Notes under the pieces: generated by a model | Database searches by the model: none | Seen by the model: the letters and a program-made list of their open reading frames with translations, nothing else | What the model was told of the DNA's origin: nothing | Shown: in pieces, positions 47,615 to 55,910 of the stretch | Layout of the letters: every line of letters begins with the position of its first letter | How positions within the stretch are numbered: position 1 is the stretch's first letter | Made by a program: the position numbers and the translations under genes | NCBI GenBank assembly: GCA_018384485.1 | Contig: JAHBAE010000051.1 | Span: 1-55,910, forward strand | From: Kiritimatiellia bacterium | GTDB taxonomy: Bacteria; Verrucomicrobiota; Kiritimatiellia; RFP12; UBA1067 | DNA: 55,910 nucleotides | Direction: 5' to 3'

Positions 47615-50600
47615 TTATTTTCTGACAGTATAGAAAATAACGCCATTGCCTTCGAATGACGAGGTCAAAGAGATATATCCCTTTTTGTCGACTTTCATTT
47701 CAAATTTGCGAGGCAGGACTTTCTCCGCTTTCTTCTGATACACCTTCTCAAGTTTCTCGACGAAAAGCTTGCGGAATTTTTCCGTTACAAGCGTACGCTT
47801 TGACATAACGGCAAAGTCATCGTAGCTCCAGTCGAAATCGCTGTCTTTAATGCCGTAAAGTACGCGGTCCTTTTCCCAATCGCAGAACCAATTGTTGCGG
47901 TTATCCAATATGAACTCATCAATCGTAACTGTTGTACCGGCAAACTCTTTCGGGAGGCGCAGCCGCACCATGGAAGACAAACTGTTCGTCCATGAAAGAT
48001 GATCGTAAAAACGCCCTATGCAAAAGCGTACAATAGAGGAATCTTCAGATGCACCTGCAAAGACTTCCATGCTCTCGCCATCGGGGAAGTCGCCGGTAAT
48101 TCCCGCAGCGGCTCTCTTAAGCCCGGCAAAGCGGGCAAATTCCCTTGAAGTGAAATAATGATGGCTTGGAAGGCCAATCGAAATAGGTCTTGGGCCTGAA
48201 AAATATTCCCATGTCGCAAAATAATCTGCTCCGGCATCTACAATGCTGCGAACGATTCGAAGGTCGATGGGGGCCTGATAGCTCTGCCCTAAGGCGCGAG
48301 AAACAATATCAGCCGCTTGCCGGCCCTTGCGCGAGCAGATAACACGCCCTTCATCAACACCCGTAACCACATTCGTAAAACCAGCCTTGTGTACTGCTTT
48401 TACAACTCGCTTCATCGGGTTAACATACCCTTTCTTGTCGCTGTGAGGCGAACGCGTATCAAAGTAATAAGAAATAGTCAGGAGTGACATAGGTGAACCA
48501 ATGCCACCTGTCGCGGCATTTTTCCCTGTTGAACAATGCTTCAGAAAATCTTCAATAGTAAATTGAGAGAAATACTCGTCATCCGGGTTTAGCATATGAG
48601 TTCCAAAAACGAGATTTTTTCCAAGCTCTTCCTCGAATGCCTTTGCCGTGTAATCGTAAAGCTTGAAAAATTCTTCCCGCGTTTGAATATTCTGCTCACG
48701 CTTCGTCTTTTTGTCGCTCTTCACACTAAACCAGCCGCAGTTATCAGCCTCGGTTAGAACTGCATAGCGCCACGAGCGGACTTCTTCAAGCCCAAACTCC
48801 GCCTTCAGCGCCGCAGCACAAGCTTTCATGTAGCGGTAATGAACGAGATGATCAATAGGCGGGCGAATATTCATACTGAACTCGCCATTATCAACATCCT
48901 TCGAAAATTTCGCCGGAACATTCCCCAGTTTTAAATAAGGCTTTGCTCCAGTTGAGAGAATCCCGCGGCACATTTTAATCAGATGGGAAAAATCGTAATC
49001 GTCAAGAACGGCCGTATTCGAGGGATCCTTAAGAAGATCTCTATCATCGTTTCCTCCGGTGCAGGCCATAAGCTCAATGTATTCAACGAAATCGCGCGTG
49101 CTGTAATTTTTGTTGTCGAAATTCTCCCAGTCGACGTTTCTGCCGTTCCAAACGGTTCTGACTTGCGAGGTGTTTGGGATTTTCTTCCCTAAACGAGTCG
49201 CGTCAACGGAAACGACAATATCTTTTTTCGAGACCGCGCTCGGAGGCGTGTAAACGACAAACTCCTTTATGCCCTTGATTGCGGCATCTGATTTTAAAAT
49301 TATTTTATGCTTTGAATTGGTGCAGTTTTGAACTAAAGTCACGCGTTCGCAAACGTCACGAGGAGTGAACTTGTCGCTGAAAAGACCTATGCATTTCCAT
49401 GTGATGGTATCTCCTGCACGCGCATATTTTCCTTGCGGCTTTTCATCTTTCTTCAATGAACGTTTGATAAAGTAGTCATACTGCCAAATTGCCATGAACT
49501 CATCTTTTTTAATGACAGCGCGCCCCGAGCGGGATGTGAAATCGGCATCACTCCTGCCTTCGCCGTCAAAGCCGGTCTCCGAGCCTTCAACTTTATAAAC
49601 CACCGGCCCGAACGGCTCGGTGCCTTCAATATACGTAAGAGTCCAGTCTTCGACCTTGGGGAATGCATCTGCCTTTCGCTCTATGATATTTATCATCGGC
49701 ATCCACGAAACGTATGCAGAGGGGCGCGTAAAGGCGTACATTTCACGATATGCGGACGGCACTTTGCCGTCAAGCAAAACTGAAGTCTCTCCGCCGCATT
49801 CGCCTGAAGTCACAGCCACGACTCTATTGCCGGTAAAGTTAAGCTCTACCGTTCCATCCTTGTTTTTCTTCACACGCGAAGAGGAAAAAGGAATTTTCTC
49901 TATTTTCCCGGACAGGTAGCTTTTTCCTTTCGCGCCTTTTATGCGGCAAAGCTCTTCACCGATAAAACCTGCGTAGTAAATTTTAGCATTGCTGTCCTTC
50001 TCGCTTTTGAGATGAATCGTATCGGCGAGCAAGTATTCAGCCTGCCAATTGTTGTCAATAAGCATCTTGCACCATTTGGAGCGAAGATCAATGAACATAC
50101 AGCCGTAGCGCGAAGCTATTTCGCGGATCTGAACGGAACGCTGATCCATTTTCTCCATAAGCTTCTTAGGATCATCGCTCGACCTGAGATGAGAAGACCA
50201 CAACACGATTTCCGCACTCGTAGTCTCGCGCGTCTTCTTTATGATCTGCTCGTATTTATCAATTGGGCCGTAAACGTGAAAGAAGAGAATATCCGGATAA
50301 AACGGATAAAGATCGCTCTCTGCCGTTTTGATAAGCCGAGGCGACTCATACCCACCGATCGCCCTGTTTTCCACATCAAAGACAACGGTCGGGTACTTCT
50401 TTTTAAGCCGCTCCATCAGATGAACGTGCCACTTCTGCCCGACGATCGACTGACCGTAGAAAAGCACTCTCACGTGAGAAGGATTTTCCTTGGTAGAATC
50501 CTCAAGTGCCTTCATCGTGCGCTGGATGTGAATCGCGCTTTTGTTCTCTTTAACACCTATCTCGCATGAAGGAATACTTTTTGCGGAATCTGCAAAGACA

Positions 50601-50644
50601 TTCAATGACGCTATTGCGAATGCCGCAACCGCCACAATTTTCAT
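47615..50644 (-). CDS. Secreted multidomain protein: N-terminal SGNH/GDSL-type hydrolase plus C-terminal glycoside-hydrolase-like (TIM-barrel) region
   Basis: 1009 aa. Signal peptide MKIVAVAAFAIASLNVFA. SGNH-like blocks FYGQSIV and DTIH. The glycosidase call for the C-terminal half is only an impression. AGGAGGG Shine-Dalgarno. Confidence 0.5.
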   Translation of the reverse strand: MKIVAVAAFAIASLNVFADSAKSIPSCEIGVKENKSAIHIQRTMKALEDSTKENPSHVRVLFYGQSIVGQKWHVHLMERLKKKYPTVVFDVENRAIGGYESPRLIKTAESDLYPFYPDILFFHVYGPIDKYEQIIKKTRETTSAEIVLWSSHLRSSDDPKKLMEKMDQRSVQIREIASRYGCMFIDLRSKWCKMLIDNNWQAEYLLADTIHLKSEKDSNAKIYYAGFIGEELCRIKGAKGKSYLSGKIEKIPFSSSRVKKNKDGTVELNFTGNRVVAVTSGECGGETSVLLDGKVPSAYREMYAFTRPSAYVSWMPMINIIERKADAFPKVEDWTLTYIEGTEPFGPVVYKVEGSETGFDGEGRSDADFTSRSGRAVIKKDEFMAIWQYDYFIKRSLKKDEKPQGKYARAGDTITWKCIGLFSDKFTPRDVCERVTLVQNCTNSKHKIILKSDAAIKGIKEFVVYTPPSAVSKKDIVVSVDATRLGKKIPNTSQVRTVWNGRNVDWENFDNKNYSTRDFVEYIELMACTGGNDDRDLLKDPSNTAVLDDYDFSHLIKMCRGILSTGAKPYLKLGNVPAKFSKDVDNGEFSMNIRPPIDHLVHYRYMKACAAALKAEFGLEEVRSWRYAVLTEADNCGWFSVKSDKKTKREQNIQTREEFFKLYDYTAKAFEEELGKNLVFGTHMLNPDDEYFSQFTIEDFLKHCSTGKNAATGGIGSPMSLLTISYYFDTRSPHSDKKGYVNPMKRVVKAVHKAGFTNVVTGVDEGRVICSRKGRQAADIVSRALGQSYQAPIDLRIVRSIVDAGADYFATWEYFSGPRPISIGLPSHHYFTSREFARFAGLKRAAAGITGDFPDGESMEVFAGASEDSSIVRFCIGRFYDHLSWTNSLSSMVRLRLPKEFAGTTVTIDEFILDNRNNWFCDWEKDRVLYGIKDSDFDWSYDDFAVMSKRTLVTEKFRKLFVEKLEKVYQKKAEKVLPRKFEMKVDKKGYISLTSSFEGNGVIFYTVRK

Positions 50645-50674
50645 ATTCCCTCCTTCTTTTTTATTGAGAAAATC

Positions 50675-51562
50675 TTATATTAACCCGATTTGTTTCAGGG
50701 TCGACGCCAACTGAGCTTTTTTCACCTCATCCGTTCCACAGAGAGGCAGGCGGAAAACGCTCTCGCACTTGCCAAGCATTGCAAGCGCCTCTTTGACCAT
50801 AATAGGATTGACATCAATGAAAAGATCGCGGAAAAGCGTGTAATATTTAAAATGCATCTTCTGAGCCGCCGCATAATCGCCTGCAAGAGCGCTTCTTACC
50901 ATATCGCCCATCTCGCGGGGAATGACATTCGAAGCGACGGAAATAACGCCTTGAGCTCCGACTGAAATCATAGGCAGCGCAAGCGAATCATCGCCTGAAA
51001 GAACTGTAAAATCAGGCAAAGCGTACTTAATCGCGCTTACGCGATCGACAGAACCTGCCGCTTCTTTTATTGCGACAACATTCGGGTGAGAGGCAAGGCG
51101 CTTTACGACATCGAGAGGAATCTCTCTGCCGCTGCGCCCAGGCACATTGTAAAGGACTACAGGAAGGCCGAGATCCGCCAACGTCATAAAGTGACGGTAA
51201 AGCCCTTCTGCATTAGGCTTGTTGTAATAAGGCGTTACCTGCAAACAGGCATCTGACCCGCCTGCCGAGATTGCTGCCTTAGTAAGGGAAATCGCCTCTT
51301 CAGTTGAATTCGCGCCTGTGCCGGCAATTATTTTGCACTTGCCTGCCGCAAACTCGATCGTTTTTTCAATAACTTTACGATGCTCTTCATGAGAAAGCGT
51401 GGGAGACTCGCCCGTTGTGCCTACTGAACAAATACCCTCGATTCCCGCCGCCGTCTGCTCTTCTACAAGAGCTTTAAGTGCGCCATAATCAACAGAGCCG
51501 TCTTTAGCAAATGGCGTGATTAAGGCCGTAATAGTTCCTGAAAGTTGCATAGTATTCTCCAA
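50675..51562 (-). CDS. dapA: 4-hydroxy-tetrahydrodipicolinate synthase
   Basis: 295 aa. ITPF, GTTGESPTLS, YNVPGRSG and the active-site Lys region VAIKEAAG. The ATG directly abuts the lysS stop. Confidence 0.93.
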   Translation of the reverse strand: MENTMQLSGTITALITPFAKDGSVDYGALKALVEEQTAAGIEGICSVGTTGESPTLSHEEHRKVIEKTIEFAAGKCKIIAGTGANSTEEAISLTKAAISAGGSDACLQVTPYYNKPNAEGLYRHFMTLADLGLPVVLYNVPGRSGREIPLDVVKRLASHPNVVAIKEAAGSVDRVSAIKYALPDFTVLSGDDSLALPMISVGAQGVISVASNVIPREMGDMVRSALAGDYAAAQKMHFKYYTLFRDLFIDVNPIMVKEALAMLGKCESVFRLPLCGTDEVKKAQLASTLKQIGLI

Positions 51563-53017
51563 TTAAGCTTTTTTCATCTGAGGGAAAAGAACGACATCGC
51601 GTATGGAATCGCAGCCCGTAAGGAACATGACGAGACGATCGACGCCGAAACCAAGGCCGCCGGTCGGCGGCATTCCGCACTCAAGCGCGGAAATAAAATC
51701 TTCATCAATCTTCTCAGTATCCTCGCCTGCCTGGTCTTCAAGCGCGGCACGCTGGGCGATAGGATCGTTCTGCTCCGTATACCCGGGACAAAGCTCGCGC
51801 CCTGCAACGACAAACTCAAACACGTCTACGAGCGAAGGATCGTCCTTGCACGCCTTGGCAAGCGGAACAAACTGACGCGGAATGCGCGTTACGAAAGTCG
51901 GCTGCATGATATTGCGCTCGATAAGCTTATCGTACACTTCATGCGTGAGCATAAGTTCGCTATTCACACCATCAAGCTCGAGATTAGTCTCCGTCTCGCG
52001 CCCTTTGGCCTTTGCCTTTTCAAGCTGAGTTTCAAACGGAAGATCAAACCAGTCTTCGCCCATAAGCTCTTTGACAAGATCTTTATAAGCGACGCGGCGG
52101 TAAGGAGGATTGAAGTTAATCAAAGTCTTATTCTCGCCATATTCAATCTCGCGCTTTCCGATGACTGTATCGCAAAGATGAGGCAAAAGCCCTTCCATGA
52201 TATCTTCCATCGAGGTGCGGTCGCCATAGGCTTCGTAAATTTCGCAAACGGTAAACTCAGGGTTGTGAGTGCGGTCGATGCCTTCGTTGCGGAAATCCTT
52301 GCCGAGCTCAAAAACCTTGTTCATGCCGCCCACCAAGAGACGCTTCAAATAAAGCTCCGGCGCGATGCGCATTACGCAATCCTTGTCAAGCGCGTTAAAA
52401 CGGGATATGAACGGCTTTGCAGCAGCTCCGCCCGCCTGATCCTGAAGAATAGGCGTTTCAACCTCGACGAAACCGCGGTCCCAAAGATATTTGCGGATTT
52501 CCTGAATAAGACGCGAACGCGTGAAAAAGCGGTTGCGCGACTCATCGTTAGTCATCAAATCGACATAACGGCGGCGGTAACATTCCTCTTGATCCGCAAG
52601 GCCGTGAAACTTCTCCGGCGGCTGCTCAAGCGCCTTGGCGAGCATCGTCCACTCCTTGACAACGAGCGACTTCTCGCCCTTCTGAGTGGTAAAAAGCGTA
52701 CCTTCCGCGCCGATGATATCGCCAAGATTGAGAAGCTTGAACGCGGCGAACATCGCCTCTGAAAGTTCGTCGCGCTTGAAGATAAGCTGGAATTTATCTG
52801 TGCCGTCGTTCATGGTGCAGAAATTCATCTTGCCCATGCGACGAATCATCAGAAGGCGGCCGGCGACGCGCGCAGTCTTACCTTCTTCAAAACCTGCTCT
52901 GACTTTGGAAAGATCGTCATGATCGTACTTGCAGCCATACGGCTCAAAACCAAGTTCCGCAAGCGCTTTCATACTTACGAGCCTTTGCTCGCGATATTCA
53001 TTATTTTCCTGTGCCAT
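51563..53017 (-). CDS. lysS: Lysine--tRNA ligase, class II
   Basis: 484 aa. OB-fold N-terminal domain. Class II motifs FVEVETP, FRNEG and GGLGFGVDRLVM. Confidence 0.95.
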   Translation of the reverse strand: MAQENNEYREQRLVSMKALAELGFEPYGCKYDHDDLSKVRAGFEEGKTARVAGRLLMIRRMGKMNFCTMNDGTDKFQLIFKRDELSEAMFAAFKLLNLGDIIGAEGTLFTTQKGEKSLVVKEWTMLAKALEQPPEKFHGLADQEECYRRRYVDLMTNDESRNRFFTRSRLIQEIRKYLWDRGFVEVETPILQDQAGGAAAKPFISRFNALDKDCVMRIAPELYLKRLLVGGMNKVFELGKDFRNEGIDRTHNPEFTVCEIYEAYGDRTSMEDIMEGLLPHLCDTVIGKREIEYGENKTLINFNPPYRRVAYKDLVKELMGEDWFDLPFETQLEKAKAKGRETETNLELDGVNSELMLTHEVYDKLIERNIMQPTFVTRIPRQFVPLAKACKDDPSLVDVFEFVVAGRELCPGYTEQNDPIAQRAALEDQAGEDTEKIDEDFISALECGMPPTGGLGFGVDRLVMFLTGCDSIRDVVLFPQMKKA

Positions 53018-53054
53018 ATCTTTATGCCTTAGAGATTTAAATCGTTTTTATTCT

Positions 53055-55553
53055 TCAGCTCTTCACGCCCAGATCGCTGAGCTTCATGGAGATTACGCGC
53101 GAAACGCCCTTCTCCTGCTGTGAAACGCCGTAAACCAAATCAGACCCTGCAATCGTGTGCTGATTATGCGTGATAATCAAGAACTGCGACTGATCGAGAA
53201 ACTCCTGCAGCTGCGCTACGAAGCGGCCGATGTTTGCATCGTCGAGAGCCGCATCAAGCTCGTCAAGCATACAGAACGGGGCGGGCTTGATCATGAAGAT
53301 CGAAAAGAGTAGCGCAACCGCCGTCATCGTGCGTTCGCCGCCCGAAAGAAGCGAAACTGATTGAGGGCGCTTTCCTGGAGGACGCGCGATGATGTCAATG
53401 CCGCACTCAAGAGGATCTTCCTCGTTTTCGAGAAGAACGAGCCGCGCCTCGCCGCCACCGAAGAGCTTAGAGAACATCGCTTGGAAATTGCGGTTGGCAG
53501 TTTCGAACGTCGTCCTGAACATAGAACCGGAAGTATCATTCAGGCTGCCGATAAGCTCCATAAGCTGAACCTTGGCGGCTTGGAGATCTTCCTCTTGCGC
53601 TTTCTCGCGCGCATAACGCTCTTCGAGCTCGCGGCATTCGTCTACCGCTACCATATTGACGGGACCGAGGGCGGCTATTTCCGCCTGCAGCCTCCCGACA
53701 GTTCCTTCAAGCTCCGCGATTGGAGGCGGCTGGCCGCCCTTCCATTCAGGATCGCTTTCGCGCATAACCGCATCGGCAAAAAGGCCGTACTCATCTTGAA
53801 GATGCTCGTAGACATTCTGACGGCGCATTGTTGCCTCAGCCGCCTGCACTTCAAGCTTGCCGCGAAAATCTCTCGCCTGATCCAGCGCAAGGCGCTTTTC
53901 ACTAACCTTGGCATCTGCCGCGGAGATTTTCTGGAGCATCACGGCGCGCTCTTCCTTCGCCTGCTGGATGCGCGAAGAACAGTCTTCGGCACGCGCCTTA
54001 AGCTCGTCGAGACTGTCAAAAAGCCCGCCTGATTCTTCCGTGAGCCTGTTGATGGAATCTCTATATCCTTCTATCTGGCTTAAGCGCATTGAGATGGCAT
54101 TATCAATCTCGCTCCTGCGCATGGAGAATGAACCCTCCTGCTGGCCAACAAACGAAAGCTCCTGCTCCATCTGGCTTACGGCAATGCGCCTTTCGGTAAG
54201 CTTTTGCGAACAAGGAATATGGCGCCTCTCCATCTCGTGAAGCTCATCCTCTGCCGCGGTGACGATGGCCATGAGATCCTCACGCTTCATCATCGTCGTA
54301 ACCGACGTGCCTGCTTTCCACACTTCAATGGATTCGTTGCGCTTGACTTCACTGTCGGAAACGAGTGTGCCGGTGCGTGTCGTATCGGCAACTTCTCTGC
54401 GGCGCGCAGCAACTTCGGCGCTCTTTGCGTCGATATCAGCCTGAAGCGCCGCAAACTCCGCTTCCGCATCGGCTAACGAATCGCGCGCGGCGGCGAGAGA
54501 ATCGTCAAGGAGCTGTTTTTTCTGACCGAGCGATTCGGCCTGCATTGAAATTTCTTCAAGCGTTCTTTTTGCCGCTTCCACCTCGCCTTCGTCGCGCGCT
54601 ATGTACGACTTATATTCTTCGACGCGAGTTGCGTTGACGCCGATAACCTCACGCGCACGCGAATAGGCGCCCTCGGCGGCGGCCTGCTCGGAAGCGAGCG
54701 ATTGAAGAGAATCTTCAAGAGCGTGAATTTCAGCGTGAAGGCGTTGCGCCTCGCTCTCGGCGGAGGCGACAACTTCACCCGCCTCTTCAATCGCCTTGGT
54801 TATCTCGTTGCGGTTTAACGCATTTTGCTCGAGCTCCTGATCGTACCCGAGAATGCGTTGACGCGAAACGTAAACATCAAGCCCTCTGAGCTCATCACGC
54901 AATTCTTTATAACGGCGAGCCTTGCCGACCTGGCGCTGGAGAGAGGCTATCTGGCGCTTCATTTCGCGAAGAACATCCTGCTCGCGCAAAAGGTTCTGCT
55001 CAGTCTGCTCAATCTTGCGGAGCGCCTCTTTTCTGTCGGCTTTAAATTTAGTGATACCCGCCGCCTCTTCGAATACGGCACGGCGGTCTTCAGGGCGAGA
55101 AGAGAGAACTGCGTCAATCTGCCCCTGGGCCATTACGGAATACGAACTTGTGCCGATACCCGTGCCCATAAAGAGATGCTGCACGTCTTTAAGGCGCGAA
55201 GGTTGCTTATTGATATAATACTCACCTGTGCCGTCACGATAGACGCGGCGTGTAATCGTCACTTCGTGGTAATCGGTGCCAAGTTCTTTTTCGCAATCGG
55301 CAAATGTAATAGAAACTTCCGCAGCCCCAATAGGCTTTCTTGTATCGGTGCCGTTAAAAACGACATCTGCCAATTTAGAGCATCTCAATGCTGTTGGCTT
55401 TTGCTCTCCGAGCACCCATCGTATAGCATCGGAAACATTCGACTTGCCGCATCCGTTAGGACCGACAATTGCGATAAGGCCAGGATCAAAATCGAGCCTT
55501 GTTTTATCGGCAAACGATTTAAACCCAATAATCTCAAGTTGCTTTAAGTACAT
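53055..55553 (-). CDS. smc: SMC-family chromosome partition ATPase, short form without a recognisable hinge domain
   Basis: 832 aa. Canonical N-head (FKSFADKT...GPNGCGKSNVSDAIRWVLGEQ) and C-head (LSGGERT, CMLDELDAALD). Two coiled-coil arms of about 230 aa are joined by a short segment. Confidence 0.85.
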   Translation of the reverse strand: MYLKQLEIIGFKSFADKTRLDFDPGLIAIVGPNGCGKSNVSDAIRWVLGEQKPTALRCSKLADVVFNGTDTRKPIGAAEVSITFADCEKELGTDYHEVTITRRVYRDGTGEYYINKQPSRLKDVQHLFMGTGIGTSSYSVMAQGQIDAVLSSRPEDRRAVFEEAAGITKFKADRKEALRKIEQTEQNLLREQDVLREMKRQIASLQRQVGKARRYKELRDELRGLDVYVSRQRILGYDQELEQNALNRNEITKAIEEAGEVVASAESEAQRLHAEIHALEDSLQSLASEQAAAEGAYSRAREVIGVNATRVEEYKSYIARDEGEVEAAKRTLEEISMQAESLGQKKQLLDDSLAAARDSLADAEAEFAALQADIDAKSAEVAARRREVADTTRTGTLVSDSEVKRNESIEVWKAGTSVTTMMKREDLMAIVTAAEDELHEMERRHIPCSQKLTERRIAVSQMEQELSFVGQQEGSFSMRRSEIDNAISMRLSQIEGYRDSINRLTEESGGLFDSLDELKARAEDCSSRIQQAKEERAVMLQKISAADAKVSEKRLALDQARDFRGKLEVQAAEATMRRQNVYEHLQDEYGLFADAVMRESDPEWKGGQPPPIAELEGTVGRLQAEIAALGPVNMVAVDECRELEERYAREKAQEEDLQAAKVQLMELIGSLNDTSGSMFRTTFETANRNFQAMFSKLFGGGEARLVLLENEEDPLECGIDIIARPPGKRPQSVSLLSGGERTMTAVALLFSIFMIKPAPFCMLDELDAALDDANIGRFVAQLQEFLDQSQFLIITHNQHTIAGSDLVYGVSQQEKGVSRVISMKLSDLGVKS

Positions 55554-55562
55554 TCAATGCGT

Positions 55563-55571
55563 ATTATACCA
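55563..55571 (-). promoter_or_regulatory. Extended -10 promoter (TGGTATAAT) 9 nt upstream of the smc ATG
   Basis: Minus strand reads tggtataat acgcattga ATG. A near-leaderless transcript is predicted. Confidence 0.5.
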
Positions 55572-55640
55572 TATTTCAGGGCAACAAGTGGCTGACAGAT
55601 GAGGGAGTATGGAATTGGTGATTTACCTCGAATGTATAAA

Positions 55641-55671
55641 AAAAGAAAAACCCCCTTTTCGCGGGGTTTTT
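55641..55671 (-). terminator. Terminator-like A/U-flanked hairpin just after tRNA-Cys
   Basis: Minus strand reads AAAAACCCC-gcgaaaag-GGGGTTTTT followed by CTTTT. The GC stem is short (4 bp) and is extended by A-U pairs. Confidence 0.5.
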
Positions 55672-55674
55672 AAA

Positions 55675-55748
55675 TGGAGGTGGGAAGCGGAGTTGAACCG
55701 CTGTAAGCGGATTTGCAGTCCGCGGCCTAACCGCTCGGCCATCCCACC
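55675..55748 (-). tRNA. tRNA-Cys (anticodon GCA), CCA encoded
   Basis: Folded by hand into a 74-nt cloverleaf. Acceptor GGTGGGA/TCCCACC, 3-bp D-stem, anticodon loop CTGCAAA, T-loop TTCAACT. Confidence 0.93.
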
Positions 55749-55763
55749 GGTTAAGTGGTGTGT

Positions 55764-55793
55764 AGTATATCAAAAACTCTTTGCACCTGTCAA
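55764..55793 (-). promoter_or_regulatory. tRNA-Cys promoter: TTGACA-N18-(TGa)TATACT
   Basis: Minus strand reads ttgaca ggtgcaaagagtttttga tatact. The -10 ends 15 nt before the tRNA 5-prime end. Confidence 0.65.
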
Positions 55794-55816
55794 CCGCGAA
55801 AAGCTCTGGGGTACGG

Positions 55817-55877
55817 CCAACGCATTAAAAGCCGATTCTTCCCCTTTTGGGCCCCTGAATCGTTTTTAATGCGTTGG
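55817..55877. repeat. Inverted repeat of about 21 bp with an 18-nt loop
   Basis: ccaacgcattaaaagccgattc (55817-55838) pairs with gaatcgtttttaatgcgttgg (55857-55877), with one indel. It is followed by a caaccaacaaccagcagc low-complexity run at the window edge. Confidence 0.6.
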
Positions 55878-55910
55878 AAGTGTCTCAGCAACCAACAACC
55901 AGCAGCGCAG

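Noticed and set aside
47578-47646. 23-codon upstream extension of gpsA
   Set aside because: It would overlap the stop of the upstream 1009-aa gene. The conserved GpsA N-terminus MKISVIGDGGWGS begins at 47577.
51545-52762. 405-aa plus-strand ORF, the longest plus-strand ORF in the window
   Set aside because: It lies entirely antisense to lysS, whose product has unmistakable class II synthetase motifs. Its translation is Arg/Leu/Ala/Lys-rich low complexity with no motif. I saw no promoter or Shine-Dalgarno. It is a shadow ORF.
53018-53054. Lysine riboswitch (L-box) or T-box upstream of lysS-dapA
   Set aside because: The gap is only 37 nt, far too short for either element.

Overview
The window is a densely packed chromosomal segment. 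About 45 protein genes and 2 tRNAs lie on the minus strand; the only plus-strand gene is 8196..8864. The gene content suggests a diderm, LPS-making anaerobe, possibly from the PVC superphylum. That inference rests on kdsB, an LpxL-type acyltransferase, Rnf, sigma-54, many Tat-signal Gfo/Idh/MocA oxidoreductases and a MoxR/DUF58/BatA-vWA operon. It is not proven.

Housekeeping blocks:
- ilvD-ilvC-ilvB-ilvN, preceded by a Val/Ile/Leu-rich leader peptide and an attenuator.
- tRNA-Pro and tRNA-Cys.
- rpoN.
- rnfABCDG, with no rnfE.
- clpB lacking its N-domain, behind a near-consensus sigma-54 promoter.
- rpsL-rpsG and rplM-rpsI, separated by a DEAD-box helicase.
- ligA, kdsB, gpsA, dapA and lysS.
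- An unusually short smc that appears to lack a hinge.

Accessory content:
- A GH10, two CE15-like esterases and two Tat-Gfo oxidoreductases form a putative glucuronoxylan-related cluster. It is interrupted by xerD and a purine nucleoside phosphorylase gene.
- A 1009-aa secreted SGNH plus glycosidase-like protein.

Best candidate for an undescribed system (31572..42342): a five-gene, translationally coupled operon. Its first gene encodes an ECF sigma factor fused through one TM helix to a prenyltransferase/terpene-cyclase-like repeat domain. It is followed by MoxR, DUF58, a 1338-aa BatA/double-vWA protein and a 1018-aa membrane coiled-coil protein.

Several non-coding structures also stand out: long palindromes built from short tandem repeats, a shared extended -10 promoter family, and apparently leaderless starts.

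All calls come from reading the sequence and ORF translations. No database search was run.
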